NCBI GenBank assembly: GCA_022709525.1
Contig: JAKLIQ010000002.1
Location: 128,984-192,983 of the forward strand
Reading direction: 5' to 3'
Source: Candidatus Omnitrophota bacterium
GTDB taxonomy: Bacteria; Omnitrophota; Omnitrophia; Omnitrophales; Aquincolibacteriaceae
DNA length: 64,000 nucleotides
The notes under the pieces were generated by a model. It was not told the DNA's origin and did no database searches. It worked only from the letters and a program-made list of their open reading frames with translations. Both the position numbers and the translations under genes were made by a program. Of this stretch, positions 37,981 through 46,720 are shown piece after piece. How positions within the stretch are numbered: position 1 is the stretch's first letter; the number at the start of each line of letters is the position of its first letter.

Positions 37981-40900
37981 TTAGAGGCCGAAGTATTTCG
38001 CCTGAGGGTGATGCGCGATGATCGCCGAGGTGGACTGCTCGGGGACCATTTGAAAGGTTTCGCTCAACGTGATCCCGATCTTCTGCGCGGGCAGGACTTC
38101 GAAGAGCTTTTTCTGGTCTTCGAGATGAGGGCAGGCCGGATAGCCAAAACTGTAACGCGACCCCTGGTATTTTTGCCGAAAGATCTCTTCTTTGGTCTTC
38201 TTGTCTTGATGACTGATCCCCATATCCCGGCGGATCATAAGATGCGTATATTCGGCCAAGGCCTCGGTCGCTTCCACGGAAAATCCGTGAAGATAAAGAT
38301 ATTCCGTATACTTGTTGGCCCGGAAAAGTTTTTGCTCCGTCTCGGAAGCGCGACGCCCCATGGTCACGGCCTGGAACGCCACCACATCCGGTTCGCCGCC
38401 CTTCGGCCTGAAAAAATCCGCGATGCATTGATAGGGTTCCCTTGTCTGACGCGGGAACTTGAAACGGGTCAACTCGTTCGTCCCTGAACCGTCCAGGATC
38501 ACCAATTCGTCATTCTCGGAATAACAATGGAAAAACCCATAGATGACGCGGGGTTCAAGAAGCTTTTCGCGGATCGTCTTTGCCTTGAACTGTTCAAAAA
38601 TGGGTTCCACATTCTCCTGGAGAAAAAGCTCGAATTCCCGGGGCGTCCTTTCCCCTTGTTTGAACTGCCACTGGGCCCGGAAAAGCGCCGTCTTATTGAT
38701 CCAGCCAAACAGATCCTGAAGCCGGATATTTTTGATGATCCGGTAGCCGTAGAACGGGACCTTCGGGATCGGATTATCGCGGTGAACGTGAAACAGGGGG
38801 CCGGATGAACGCTTCGCGGTCCCGCTTGACGGTTTTTCGGAAGAGGATCTTCGCGGATTCCGGGGTGTTGGGATCTCCTCCAAAACAGGAGAAGCTGTTT
38901 TCGGGCCTATTTCTTTTTTGATCCCCTCCATGATCTTTAACCCGGAAAAAGCGTCCCGGCCGTAATGCACGGGACCCTGATAGGCCTTGGCGAGATCTCC
39001 TTCCACATAACGTTCGGTCAGGGCGGCGCCACCGCAGATCACCGGAAGCTTGACCCCGCGCCGGGCCATTTCCTCAAGATCCTCCTTCATGATCAAGGTG
39101 GATTTGACAAGAAGGCCGGAAAGGCCGATGGCGTCGGCCCGGTTTTCAAGCGCGGCCTTAACGATCGCGTCGACCGGCTGCTTGATGCCGATGTTGAACA
39201 CCTTGTAACCGTTATTCGTGAGGATGATATCCACGAGGTTCTTTCCGATATCATGAACATCGCCTTTCACGGTCGCGAGCACGATACGCCCGCGCTCCTG
39301 GCCTTCTTTCTTTTCCATGAACCGCTCAAGATAAGCCACGGCTTTTTTCATGACTTCGGCTGATTGCAACACAAAAGGAAGCTGCATTTTACCGGCGCCG
39401 AAGAATTCTCCAACTTGTTTCATGCCGTCGAGAAGAAACCGGTTGATGATCTCGAGCGGTTTGTATTTTTGAAGCGCCTCATCAAGATGGGCTTCCAGGC
39501 CTTCCGCGCTGCCTTCGATGATGTGACGCTTTAAAACCTCTTCGATCGCCCCTTGAACGGTGCCGCCTCCCTGCCCCTGCGGGATCCCTTGTTTTTTCTC
39601 AAAATGTGCGATGAATTCCTGAAGAGGATCTTTGCCGTCGACCCATTTGTTGTGAAGCAGGCGCCTTGCCGCCTCAAGGTCTTCCGGCTCGATCTTGAAA
39701 AGCGGCACGATCTTTTTGGCGTGAACGATCGCCGCGTCAAGGCCGGCCTTGACACATTCATCGAGAAAAACACTGTTGAGGATCTGCCGCGCGCGCGGCG
39801 CGAGTCCAAAGGAAATATTGCTCACGCCGAGGATCGTGTGAACGCCCGGCAAATCCCGCTTGAGCCGCCGGATCGCTTCGATCGTTTCCGGCGCCGCATT
39901 CCGGAACTCTTCGCTCCCGCTTCCGACCGTAAAGGTCAGGAGATCGAAGAAAAGGTCTTCCGAGCGGATACCGTACTGCTGGGTCACGATCTGATGGATG
40001 CGTTTGGCGATGCGAAGCTTTTCATCCCGTGTTTTCGCCATGCCTTTTTCGTCGATCGTAAGAACGACCAGCCCCGCGCCATAGCGTTTCGCCATCGGGC
40101 AGATCTTGCGCAAACGTTCGCCCCCGTCTTCCAGATTGATCGAGTTGATGATGGGCTTGCCCGCGATCCGCTTAAGCGCCTCTTCGATCACCGCCGGTTC
40201 GGTGGAATCGATCATGACGGGAACGGTCACGTGCTGGTTAAAACGGCTGACCGCCTCGATCATGTCCTTTTTCTCGTCCCGGCCAACATAAGCCACGCAA
40301 AGGTCCACAAGATGAGCGCCTTCCTTGACCGCTTCGCGCGCCACGCCGGTCATGGCGTCATAATCTTCGCGCTCCAAAATCTGTTTGAACTTTTTACTTC
40401 CGTTGGCGTTGGTCTGCTCCCCGACAAGAAGCGGCGGAGGTTTTTGACTGTAAGCGGCAATGCCGTAGAGACTCGCGCAAGCGGGCTCATGTTTAGGCGT
40501 CCGCTGTTTGGGCGCACAGGACCCGATCTTTTCGACAACCGCTTTTAGATGTTCGGGAGTAGTCCCGCAACACCCGCCGACGATCGAAACGCCGAATTCT
40601 CTGACAAAACGTTCGATGTGGGAGGCGAATTCTTCCGGAGGAAGTTTGTAGTGAGCGACGCCGCCGATATTTTCCGGAAGGCCGGCATTCGGAAGCACGG
40701 AAATATTCTTTGAAGAGTTTTCGCAGAAAAAACGCACGAGTTCGCTCATCTCCGAGGGGCCGGTCGCGCAATTGATCCCGATCACGTTCACCGGGAACAT
40801 CTCGAGCGTGGCGATCACGGAAGTAACATCCGTTCCAAGGAGCATGGTGCCGCTGGATTCAAAAGTCACTTGAGCGATCAAAGGCAATTTCTTTCCGGTT

Positions 40901-41436
40901 TCCCTGAAAAGCTCTTCCGCGGCGATGATCGCGATCTTGGCCTGAAGGAGGTCTTGGCAGGTTTCGATGATGATGCCGTCCACGCCGCCGGCCATGAGGC
41001 CCCTGCATTGTTCTTTGTAGGCGTTTTTCAGCTCATCGAAACCGATGTGGCCAAGTGAGGGAAGTTTTGTTCCGGGACCGACGGAGCCCAGCACGAAACG
41101 GGGGTGATCGGGCGTGGCATATTTTTGCGCAGCTTCCCGGGCGAGCTTGGCAGCCGCTTCATTGATCTCAAGCACGCGATCTTCCAACCCGTATTCGGCA
41201 AGAACGATCCGGTTCGCCCCGAAAGTATCGGTTTCGACAGCGTCGCATCCGACCGCGAGAAAACTTTCGTGGACGCTCCTGACGGCATCGGGCTTGGTAA
41301 TGACCAGATATTCATTGCAGCCGTCCTTACCTCCGAAATCCTGGGGCGTAAGGTTAAGCTTTTGGAGATTGGTGCCGAGCGCCCCGTCAAGAACAAGGAC
41401 CTTCTCATGGAGTCGTTTTAAAAATGGGTGTGCCAT
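37981..41436 (-). CDS. metH: Cobalamin-dependent methionine synthase MetH (Hcy-binding, pterin-binding, B12-binding and activation domains)
   Basis: The B12-binding motif DVHDIGKN is present. Start set at the ATG at 41436 (MAHPFLKRL...); the ORF track's TTG at 41454 lies inside the conserved upstream element. Confidence 0.9.
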   Translation of the reverse strand: MAHPFLKRLHEKVLVLDGALGTNLQKLNLTPQDFGGKDGCNEYLVITKPDAVRSVHESFLAVGCDAVETDTFGANRIVLAEYGLEDRVLEINEAAAKLAREAAQKYATPDHPRFVLGSVGPGTKLPSLGHIGFDELKNAYKEQCRGLMAGGVDGIIIETCQDLLQAKIAIIAAEELFRETGKKLPLIAQVTFESSGTMLLGTDVTSVIATLEMFPVNVIGINCATGPSEMSELVRFFCENSSKNISVLPNAGLPENIGGVAHYKLPPEEFASHIERFVREFGVSIVGGCCGTTPEHLKAVVEKIGSCAPKQRTPKHEPACASLYGIAAYSQKPPPLLVGEQTNANGSKKFKQILEREDYDAMTGVAREAVKEGAHLVDLCVAYVGRDEKKDMIEAVSRFNQHVTVPVMIDSTEPAVIEEALKRIAGKPIINSINLEDGGERLRKICPMAKRYGAGLVVLTIDEKGMAKTRDEKLRIAKRIHQIVTQQYGIRSEDLFFDLLTFTVGSGSEEFRNAAPETIEAIRRLKRDLPGVHTILGVSNISFGLAPRARQILNSVFLDECVKAGLDAAIVHAKKIVPLFKIEPEDLEAARRLLHNKWVDGKDPLQEFIAHFEKKQGIPQGQGGGTVQGAIEEVLKRHIIEGSAEGLEAHLDEALQKYKPLEIINRFLLDGMKQVGEFFGAGKMQLPFVLQSAEVMKKAVAYLERFMEKKEGQERGRIVLATVKGDVHDIGKNLVDIILTNNGYKVFNIGIKQPVDAIVKAALENRADAIGLSGLLVKSTLIMKEDLEEMARRGVKLPVICGGAALTERYVEGDLAKAYQGPVHYGRDAFSGLKIMEGIKKEIGPKTASPVLEEIPTPRNPRRSSSEKPSSGTAKRSSGPLFHVHRDNPIPKVPFYGYRIIKNIRLQDLFGWINKTALFRAQWQFKQGERTPREFELFLQENVEPIFEQFKAKTIREKLLEPRVIYGFFHCYSENDELVILDGSGTNELTRFKFPRQTREPYQCIADFFRPKGGEPDVVAFQAVTMGRRASETEQKLFRANKYTEYLYLHGFSVEATEALAEYTHLMIRRDMGISHQDKKTKEEIFRQKYQGSRYSFGYPACPHLEDQKKLFEVLPAQKIGITLSETFQMVPEQSTSAIIAHHPQAKYFGL

Positions 41437-41484
41437 AGTCCCAATACCTTTCAATTTTTACGAAGTAGAAATTGGGGCGATCCC
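41437..41484 (-). promoter_or_regulatory. Copy B of the conserved ~48-nt element ending exactly at the metH ATG
   Basis: The minus strand reads GGGATCGCCCCAATTTCTACTTCGTAAAAATTGAAAGGTATTGGGACT, followed directly by ATG. Confidence 0.6.
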
Positions 41485-41673
41485 AACCACCCTCTATGTA
41501 AAGAAATTCAGGTTGGGATAGAAAAAATATTCTATCACGGGAAATGAAAAACAGGAAAGAAGGAAGAATTCCCGTTTTCGGAACGGGAAAATCAAGCGCC
41601 CTGATGAATCTGTTATTTGCTAAATGGATCATCAGGACTGCATTGATTTCCCGATTCTTTTCTCTATGGAAAA

Positions 41674-43116
41674 TCAAGCGGGGTGAAAGAAGGCGTAAAT
41701 GCGGGCGGCCGTCCCTCGTTCGATCCCCGGAACGGCGCAAAGCTCGTCGATGCCGGCCTTTCGGATCTCATCGATCGAATTAAAATGACGCAGCAGGATC
41801 TTTTTCCGCCTCTCCCCGATCCCGGGGATATCGTCAAGCATCGAACGCTCCAACGACCTTGATTTGAGCTTTCGGTGGTAAGTGATCGCGAAGCGGTGCG
41901 CTTCATCACGGATCTTTTTCAGGAGATAGAGCGCCGGGGAATCCGAGGGGATCACGAGCGGATCCTTCCATTTCAAAGCATGGACCCATTCGAATTGCTT
42001 GGCGATGGCGATCAGCTCCATGGACTCCATCCCTTCCCGCACAAGGGCCTTGGCGGCGGTATTCAAATGCCCCCTGCCTCCGTCGATCATGATCAGATCG
42101 GGCGCAAAATCCTCCCGGCCCTCTTTGATGGCACGCAGCATGCGCGTCAGCGCCTCGGCGATCATGGCATAATCATTGATCCCCGAGACGCCTTTGATCT
42201 TGTAGCGACGGTACCCGAATTTATCGGGAAGTTCGCGATAAAAACTCACTTTGGACGCCACGGCTTCCTCGCCCTGGACATTGGAAACGTCAAAACATAC
42301 GATCCTCTCGGGTATTCTTGAGAGCTTAAGGCGCTGTTTGAGCTCCAAAGTCGCCGAAAGCGATATGCCCTGCCCGGGATTCTTGGGAAGAAACCTTTTT
42401 CTCTTGAGTTTGGATAGAGCTTCCAACTGTTCTTTGAAGAATTGCGCGTCCTCAAAACGTAATTCCCGGCTGGCCTTTTCCATGCGTTCTTCAAGGTATT
42501 CCGCAAAACTTTTTTTGCGGGCGCCGAGAAAGCGTTTGATCTCGCGGATCAGCCGGTCGTATTCGGGTTTGACCTCCGGTTGGATGCAGGGAGCTATGCA
42601 TTGCTTCAAGTGATAATAAAGACAGGCCGTTTTGGGAAGCGTCTGGCATTTTCTTATCGGAAAAAGCCCGTGGAGGAGATCCGCGGCCTGGCGCAACAGC
42701 TTTGCGTCCGTGTAAGGCCCGTAATAATCGGCTTTGCGGTCTGTTTTCTGCCTTGTCACGCAAAGGCGGGGAAATTTTTCACGGGTGATCTTAAGGAGCG
42801 GAAAACTTTTATCATCTTTGAGCTCTTGATTGTACTTCGGCTGGCATTTGCGCACGAGGTGGGCTTCCAAAAGCAGGGCGTCCATCTCGGTCGGGGTGTC
42901 GATGTGGTCGATTGCGCGCACCTGACGCATGAGAACGGCGACCTTGGGGATCGGCGCTGGGATTTTGAAATAGCTACGGACTCTTTTGCGAAGCGATTTG
43001 GCTTTGCCGATATAGAGGATCTTCCCGCCGGCATCACGCATAAGATAAACGCCGGGCGTCGAAGGAAGGGCTCCGGCGCTCTGTCGAAGGTTTTTAAAAG
43101 GATCGACGGTTTTCAT
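41674..43116 (-). CDS. uvrC: Excinuclease ABC subunit C (GIY-YIG N-terminus, C-terminal HhH)
   Basis: The GIY-YIG region reads PGVYLMRDAGGKILYIGKAKSLRKRVRSYF. The C-terminal HhH reads IPGIGERRKKIL. Confidence 0.8.
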   Translation of the reverse strand: MKTVDPFKNLRQSAGALPSTPGVYLMRDAGGKILYIGKAKSLRKRVRSYFKIPAPIPKVAVLMRQVRAIDHIDTPTEMDALLLEAHLVRKCQPKYNQELKDDKSFPLLKITREKFPRLCVTRQKTDRKADYYGPYTDAKLLRQAADLLHGLFPIRKCQTLPKTACLYYHLKQCIAPCIQPEVKPEYDRLIREIKRFLGARKKSFAEYLEERMEKASRELRFEDAQFFKEQLEALSKLKRKRFLPKNPGQGISLSATLELKQRLKLSRIPERIVCFDVSNVQGEEAVASKVSFYRELPDKFGYRRYKIKGVSGINDYAMIAEALTRMLRAIKEGREDFAPDLIMIDGGRGHLNTAAKALVREGMESMELIAIAKQFEWVHALKWKDPLVIPSDSPALYLLKKIRDEAHRFAITYHRKLKSRSLERSMLDDIPGIGERRKKILLRHFNSIDEIRKAGIDELCAVPGIERGTAARIYAFFHPA

Positions 43117-43143
43117 GGGTCATCCCACCTTTGAACACCGGTG

Positions 43144-44706
43144 TTATGCCGCCCCATCCACAAGATTCTCGGCTTCTTCGGGATGGGATTCGGGTTTCCG
43201 TTTCTTTTTGAACCACGCAAACGCTTCTTGAATCTCAGGAACGCGGCAGACAAAACAAAGCCCGAGGTAACCCAACGTGGCGGCCGCGATGCTCCCGAAT
43301 ACCTGTAAAAGCTGCCGCGTGGTGCTTGCCCCAGGGATCCAGATCTTTAAAAGTTCCCAGCTGAAGTAGCAGAGAACCCCCATCGCGATCGAAGCCGCTA
43401 GAATACGCAGGAAAGAGGCTCCGATCTCCCGGAACGGGAATTCTCCGACCCTTTTAGGGTAAAAATAGATCAGCTGTCCAAGCTGGAGAATGCCCGAAAG
43501 CGATGTCCCGAGCGCAAGGCCCGCCTCTTTCAACGGGATCATGAGGATCAGATTGAAGGCAATGTTTGAAATAAGGGCAATGACGGAAGTCCGCATGGGC
43601 GTTCTGGAATCATGAGCCGCATAATAACCGCTATTCAAGATCTTTTGGCCGGCGAACGCGAACAGTCCTATCGTATAACCCAACAAAACGGCGGCGCTTC
43701 GCGCGGTTGAAACGGCATCAAACTCGCCTCGCTCAAAAAGCAGCCGGACAATGGGCTCCCGCATAACAACGAGCCCGACCGATGAAGGGATGATAATGAA
43801 AAAAACGCTCCGCAAAGCAAAGGAAAGCGTTTTGCGCGATGCTTCTTTTTCCCCGCGGGCGATCTGCTGCGCGAGCATCGGAAGGAGCGCCGTTCCCATC
43901 GCTAAAGCAAAAACACCGAGCGGGAATTGCATAAGACGGTTCCCGTACCAAAGACTGGAGTTCGCCCCCGGCCCGATCATCATGCCGAGCGTCATGTCGA
44001 CCGTGATATTGATCTGGACCACCGCAAAACTCAGGACGACCGGCAATAAAAGCCGCCATGTTTTCTTAAGCCCCTCATAACCCATATCCCAGATCCAGCG
44101 AAATTTAAAACCGATCCGGCAAAGCGGGGGCCATTCCACGGCGACATGCAGGAATCCCGCGAAAAGAACGGCATAAGAAAGCCAGCGTATCCTTCCGAGA
44201 TAATCCTGCCCAACCCAGGACGGCACCCAGATCACTGCGGCGATCCAGACCAGGTCAAGAATAGCGGGCCCGGCCGCGGGCGCGAGAAAATGGCGGTGGC
44301 TGTTCAGGATCCCCATCCCGAGCGCGTAAAGGGAAAGGAACCAAAGGTAAGGGAAAAGGATGCGCGAGAGCTCAAGGGTCAGCATCACGGTTTGGGACTG
44401 AAAACCGGCTTTGAGCAGGAAATGGAGGAGTGTTTCCACCAACACGATAAAAGCGAGAAGCGCGACGCTTAAAAAGCTGATCGTGATGTTGGCGAACCGG
44501 AACGCTTCGGCCGGGCTTTTTTGCGCGTGGATTTCGTTATAGACCGGGATAAAGGCGCTCGTCAGCCCTCCCTCCCCGACAACGCGGCGGAAAAGGTTCG
44601 GCAGCATGAACGCGTAAAGAAAGGCGTCCCATTGCCAGCTGGTCCCGAATTGCTTGGCACTTACAATGTCCCGGAAAAGACCGCAAATGCGGCCGATCAA
44701 GGTCAT
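43144..44706 (-). CDS. murJ: Lipid II flippase MurJ
   Basis: A MATE-like protein with 14 TM helices. The N-terminal region LIGRICGLFRDIVSAKQFG parallels E. coli MurJ. The start is uncertain because the long ORF would overlap the rpsT RBS and start codon. Confidence 0.7.
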   Translation of the reverse strand: MTLIGRICGLFRDIVSAKQFGTSWQWDAFLYAFMLPNLFRRVVGEGGLTSAFIPVYNEIHAQKSPAEAFRFANITISFLSVALLAFIVLVETLLHFLLKAGFQSQTVMLTLELSRILFPYLWFLSLYALGMGILNSHRHFLAPAAGPAILDLVWIAAVIWVPSWVGQDYLGRIRWLSYAVLFAGFLHVAVEWPPLCRIGFKFRWIWDMGYEGLKKTWRLLLPVVLSFAVVQINITVDMTLGMMIGPGANSSLWYGNRLMQFPLGVFALAMGTALLPMLAQQIARGEKEASRKTLSFALRSVFFIIIPSSVGLVVMREPIVRLLFERGEFDAVSTARSAAVLLGYTIGLFAFAGQKILNSGYYAAHDSRTPMRTSVIALISNIAFNLILMIPLKEAGLALGTSLSGILQLGQLIYFYPKRVGEFPFREIGASFLRILAASIAMGVLCYFSWELLKIWIPGASTTRQLLQVFGSIAAATLGYLGLCFVCRVPEIQEAFAWFKKKRKPESHPEEAENLVDGAA

Positions 44707-44845
44707 GATCGCGACGACGGCGGCGGCCCTGACAAGATGCCGTTTTCCGGACCCGCGGCCGGCCTCCCCCCGGGGAACCTGATTGACAGGACCTATCTCG
44801 CGTGCTACATTACCGCCACTTTTTTCACCAAAAGGAGTCATCGAA

Positions 44846-45109
44846 ATGCCCAATATTCGTTCTGCCGCAAAGCGTGTTCGCAGCGACGCTAAAAAACGTG
44901 CGAGGAATATGGCCGTTCTTTCCGAGCTGAAATCCCTCAGCAAAAGACTGGCTCAACTGGCTTCGGAGCCCGAAAAGGCCCAGGCCCTCGCATCGAACCT
45001 CGTCGCACGCTACGACAAGGCGGTCACAAAAAACGCGATCCCGCGTGGCCGAGCAAACCGGAGAAAATCCCGGATCGCTCTGTTTCTCGCCAAGATCAAG
45101 AAAAAGTAA
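44846..45109 (+). CDS. rpsT: 30S ribosomal protein S20
   Basis: The product begins MPNIRSAAKRVRSDAKKRARN. The RBS AAAGGAG lies 9 nt upstream. Confidence 0.85.
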   Translation: MPNIRSAAKRVRSDAKKRARNMAVLSELKSLSKRLAQLASEPEKAQALASNLVARYDKAVTKNAIPRGRANRRKSRIALFLAKIKKK

Positions 45110-45126
45110 TCCCTCAAATTTCTTTT

Positions 45127-45165
45127 AAAAACCCGCTTTACCGGTTACCGGGAAGCGGGTTTTTA
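45127..45165. terminator. Bidirectional rho-independent terminator between convergent rpsT and holA
   Basis: Read directly as AAAAACCCGCTTTACCGGTTACCGGGAAGCGGGTTTTT. Confidence 0.75.
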
Positions 45166-45173
45166 AATGCCTT

Positions 45174-46115
45174 TTACGACGCATATTCCAAGAGCCAGGC
45201 CTCCACTCCCGGAACGCCTTCGATCTGGCCGGTCTTGCTTTTTTTGTCGATCTGATAAAGCGCTTCGACAGCCGCTTCCAAGCGTTCCGTCGGAAAACGC
45301 TTTAAGGCCGCGAGACGGGCCGGAGGCATGCGAAGTTTCGAACAAATTTCACGCTCGGAGACTCCCGATCTTAAGAGCGTCGCAGCTTCCCACAGTTGCC
45401 GCAACTGCCAGTGCAAGATACCGACCAGGGACACAAGATCGGCTTCATAGAGCCCCATAAGATCGCGGAATACTTGAAGGGCTCGGGCCGGATCCCGGTC
45501 CACAAGAGCCGCTGTGAGCTTGAAGACGTCCATCTCCGACCAATTCTCTTCGAATTTCAAGACCATAGCTTCATCGATCTCTCTCCGATCCCCGGAGAAT
45601 TGAACGATCCGCTCGATCATCGTATCTAAAAACACCACCGCTTCACCGCACATGGCAAGAAGCTTCGCCTTAGCGCCCGGAGTCATGACCTTCCCGTGCT
45701 GTGCAAGCTTCTGCTGGATAAAGGACGCCCCGGCGCCACGCGCTTCTTCTTTGGCAAGCGGGATCACCTGGCCCCTGGCTTTGACGATCTTCTGGAGCTC
45801 GGAAACACCTTTAATCTCCTCCGCCTCAAAGATCAGGGTCGTCCCCTGCGAAGGATGTTCCAGGTAGGCCTCCAGAACGGCGAGATCCGCGCTCTTGAGC
45901 GATCCCGCGCTCTGGATGCAAAAGATCTGACCGGAAGAAAAAAACGGTAGGGTCCTTGCGGCGGAGAGGATCTCTTCTAAGGAAGATTCGCCCAGGTCAT
46001 AGGTCTGACGGGCCAGAGGCGCTTTTGTTCCTTTTTCAATCTCGGCCGTAAGGGCTTTGATTTTTTGAGCCCTAAGGAATGAATCTCCGGCGATGAGAAA
46101 AAGGTCTGTTCTCAC
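45174..46115 (-). CDS. holA: DNA polymerase III delta subunit
   Basis: A 313-aa protein. Its position downstream of lptE follows the canonical leuS-lptE-holA order. Confidence 0.65.
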   Translation of the reverse strand: MRTDLFLIAGDSFLRAQKIKALTAEIEKGTKAPLARQTYDLGESSLEEILSAARTLPFFSSGQIFCIQSAGSLKSADLAVLEAYLEHPSQGTTLIFEAEEIKGVSELQKIVKARGQVIPLAKEEARGAGASFIQQKLAQHGKVMTPGAKAKLLAMCGEAVVFLDTMIERIVQFSGDRREIDEAMVLKFEENWSEMDVFKLTAALVDRDPARALQVFRDLMGLYEADLVSLVGILHWQLRQLWEAATLLRSGVSEREICSKLRMPPARLAALKRFPTERLEAAVEALYQIDKKSKTGQIEGVPGVEAWLLEYAS

Positions 46116-46134
46116 GGGATGATAAGGGAGAGGG

Positions 46135-46707
46135 CTACCAATCTTCGACGATGCGGTCTACGATATTTTTCGCCAAATCAGCAACGGCGGCTTGGGACGC
46201 TTTTTGCTCACCGATCGAGGTCACGGTAGCCGTGGACTCATCTGGAACGCTCTGCGTGCCCCGCAAGGTCGGGCCGGTCACATAATACTCCGTGTCTCCG
46301 GTAAAGTTCGGCTCTTCCCAGAGAAGATCGCCCGTTTTAGCGTCTACAAGCTGGATCTTGACGACGATAAAAATGCGGTATTCTTTGACCTCTTCAAGCT
46401 GGCTGAAACGCAGGCCTTCCTGTTCGTACTGGAGAAGATCGGTCTTAAGGATCGCGTCCGCTTTCTTTTCTTCGGCGATCCGTAAAGTGCCGTCCATCTG
46501 GATACCGCGGATCACGGCATTGGTGATATCCATCTCAAGCCCCTGCTGATAAGCATAGACTTGCTCCATATCAAGCTTGTTTTTTACGGTCTCGATATAG
46601 ATCGTTTTGATATCACGCGGAAGCACCGTTTTGCGCGTATACCCGCATCCGCTCAAAACCACGCTCATCGCCAGAAAAAAGATCCCGATCGATCGAATAG
46701 TTCTCAT
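46135..46707 (-). CDS. lptE: LPS-assembly lipoprotein LptE
   Basis: The signal plus lipobox reads FFLAMSVVLSGCGY. The gene lies upstream of holA. Confidence 0.6.
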   Translation of the reverse strand: MRTIRSIGIFFLAMSVVLSGCGYTRKTVLPRDIKTIYIETVKNKLDMEQVYAYQQGLEMDITNAVIRGIQMDGTLRIAEEKKADAILKTDLLQYEQEGLRFSQLEEVKEYRIFIVVKIQLVDAKTGDLLWEEPNFTGDTEYYVTGPTLRGTQSVPDESTATVTSIGEQKASQAAVADLAKNIVDRIVEDW

Positions 46708-46720
46708 GATAAATCCCCGT

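Noticed and set aside
39553-40548. A 331-aa plus-strand ORF inside metH
   Set aside because: It is antisense to MetH.
41437-41560. Possible SAM-I riboswitch upstream of metH (AGAGGGTGG...GGGA)
   Set aside because: Only a short fragment resembles the SAM-I core. The remaining conserved helices and junctions were not found, and the segment is part of the repeated 48-nt element.
43144-44943. Extended murJ ORF (599 aa) reaching past the rpsT start
   Set aside because: It would run antisense across the rpsT RBS and start codon. The N-terminal 80 residues do not align with MurJ TM1.
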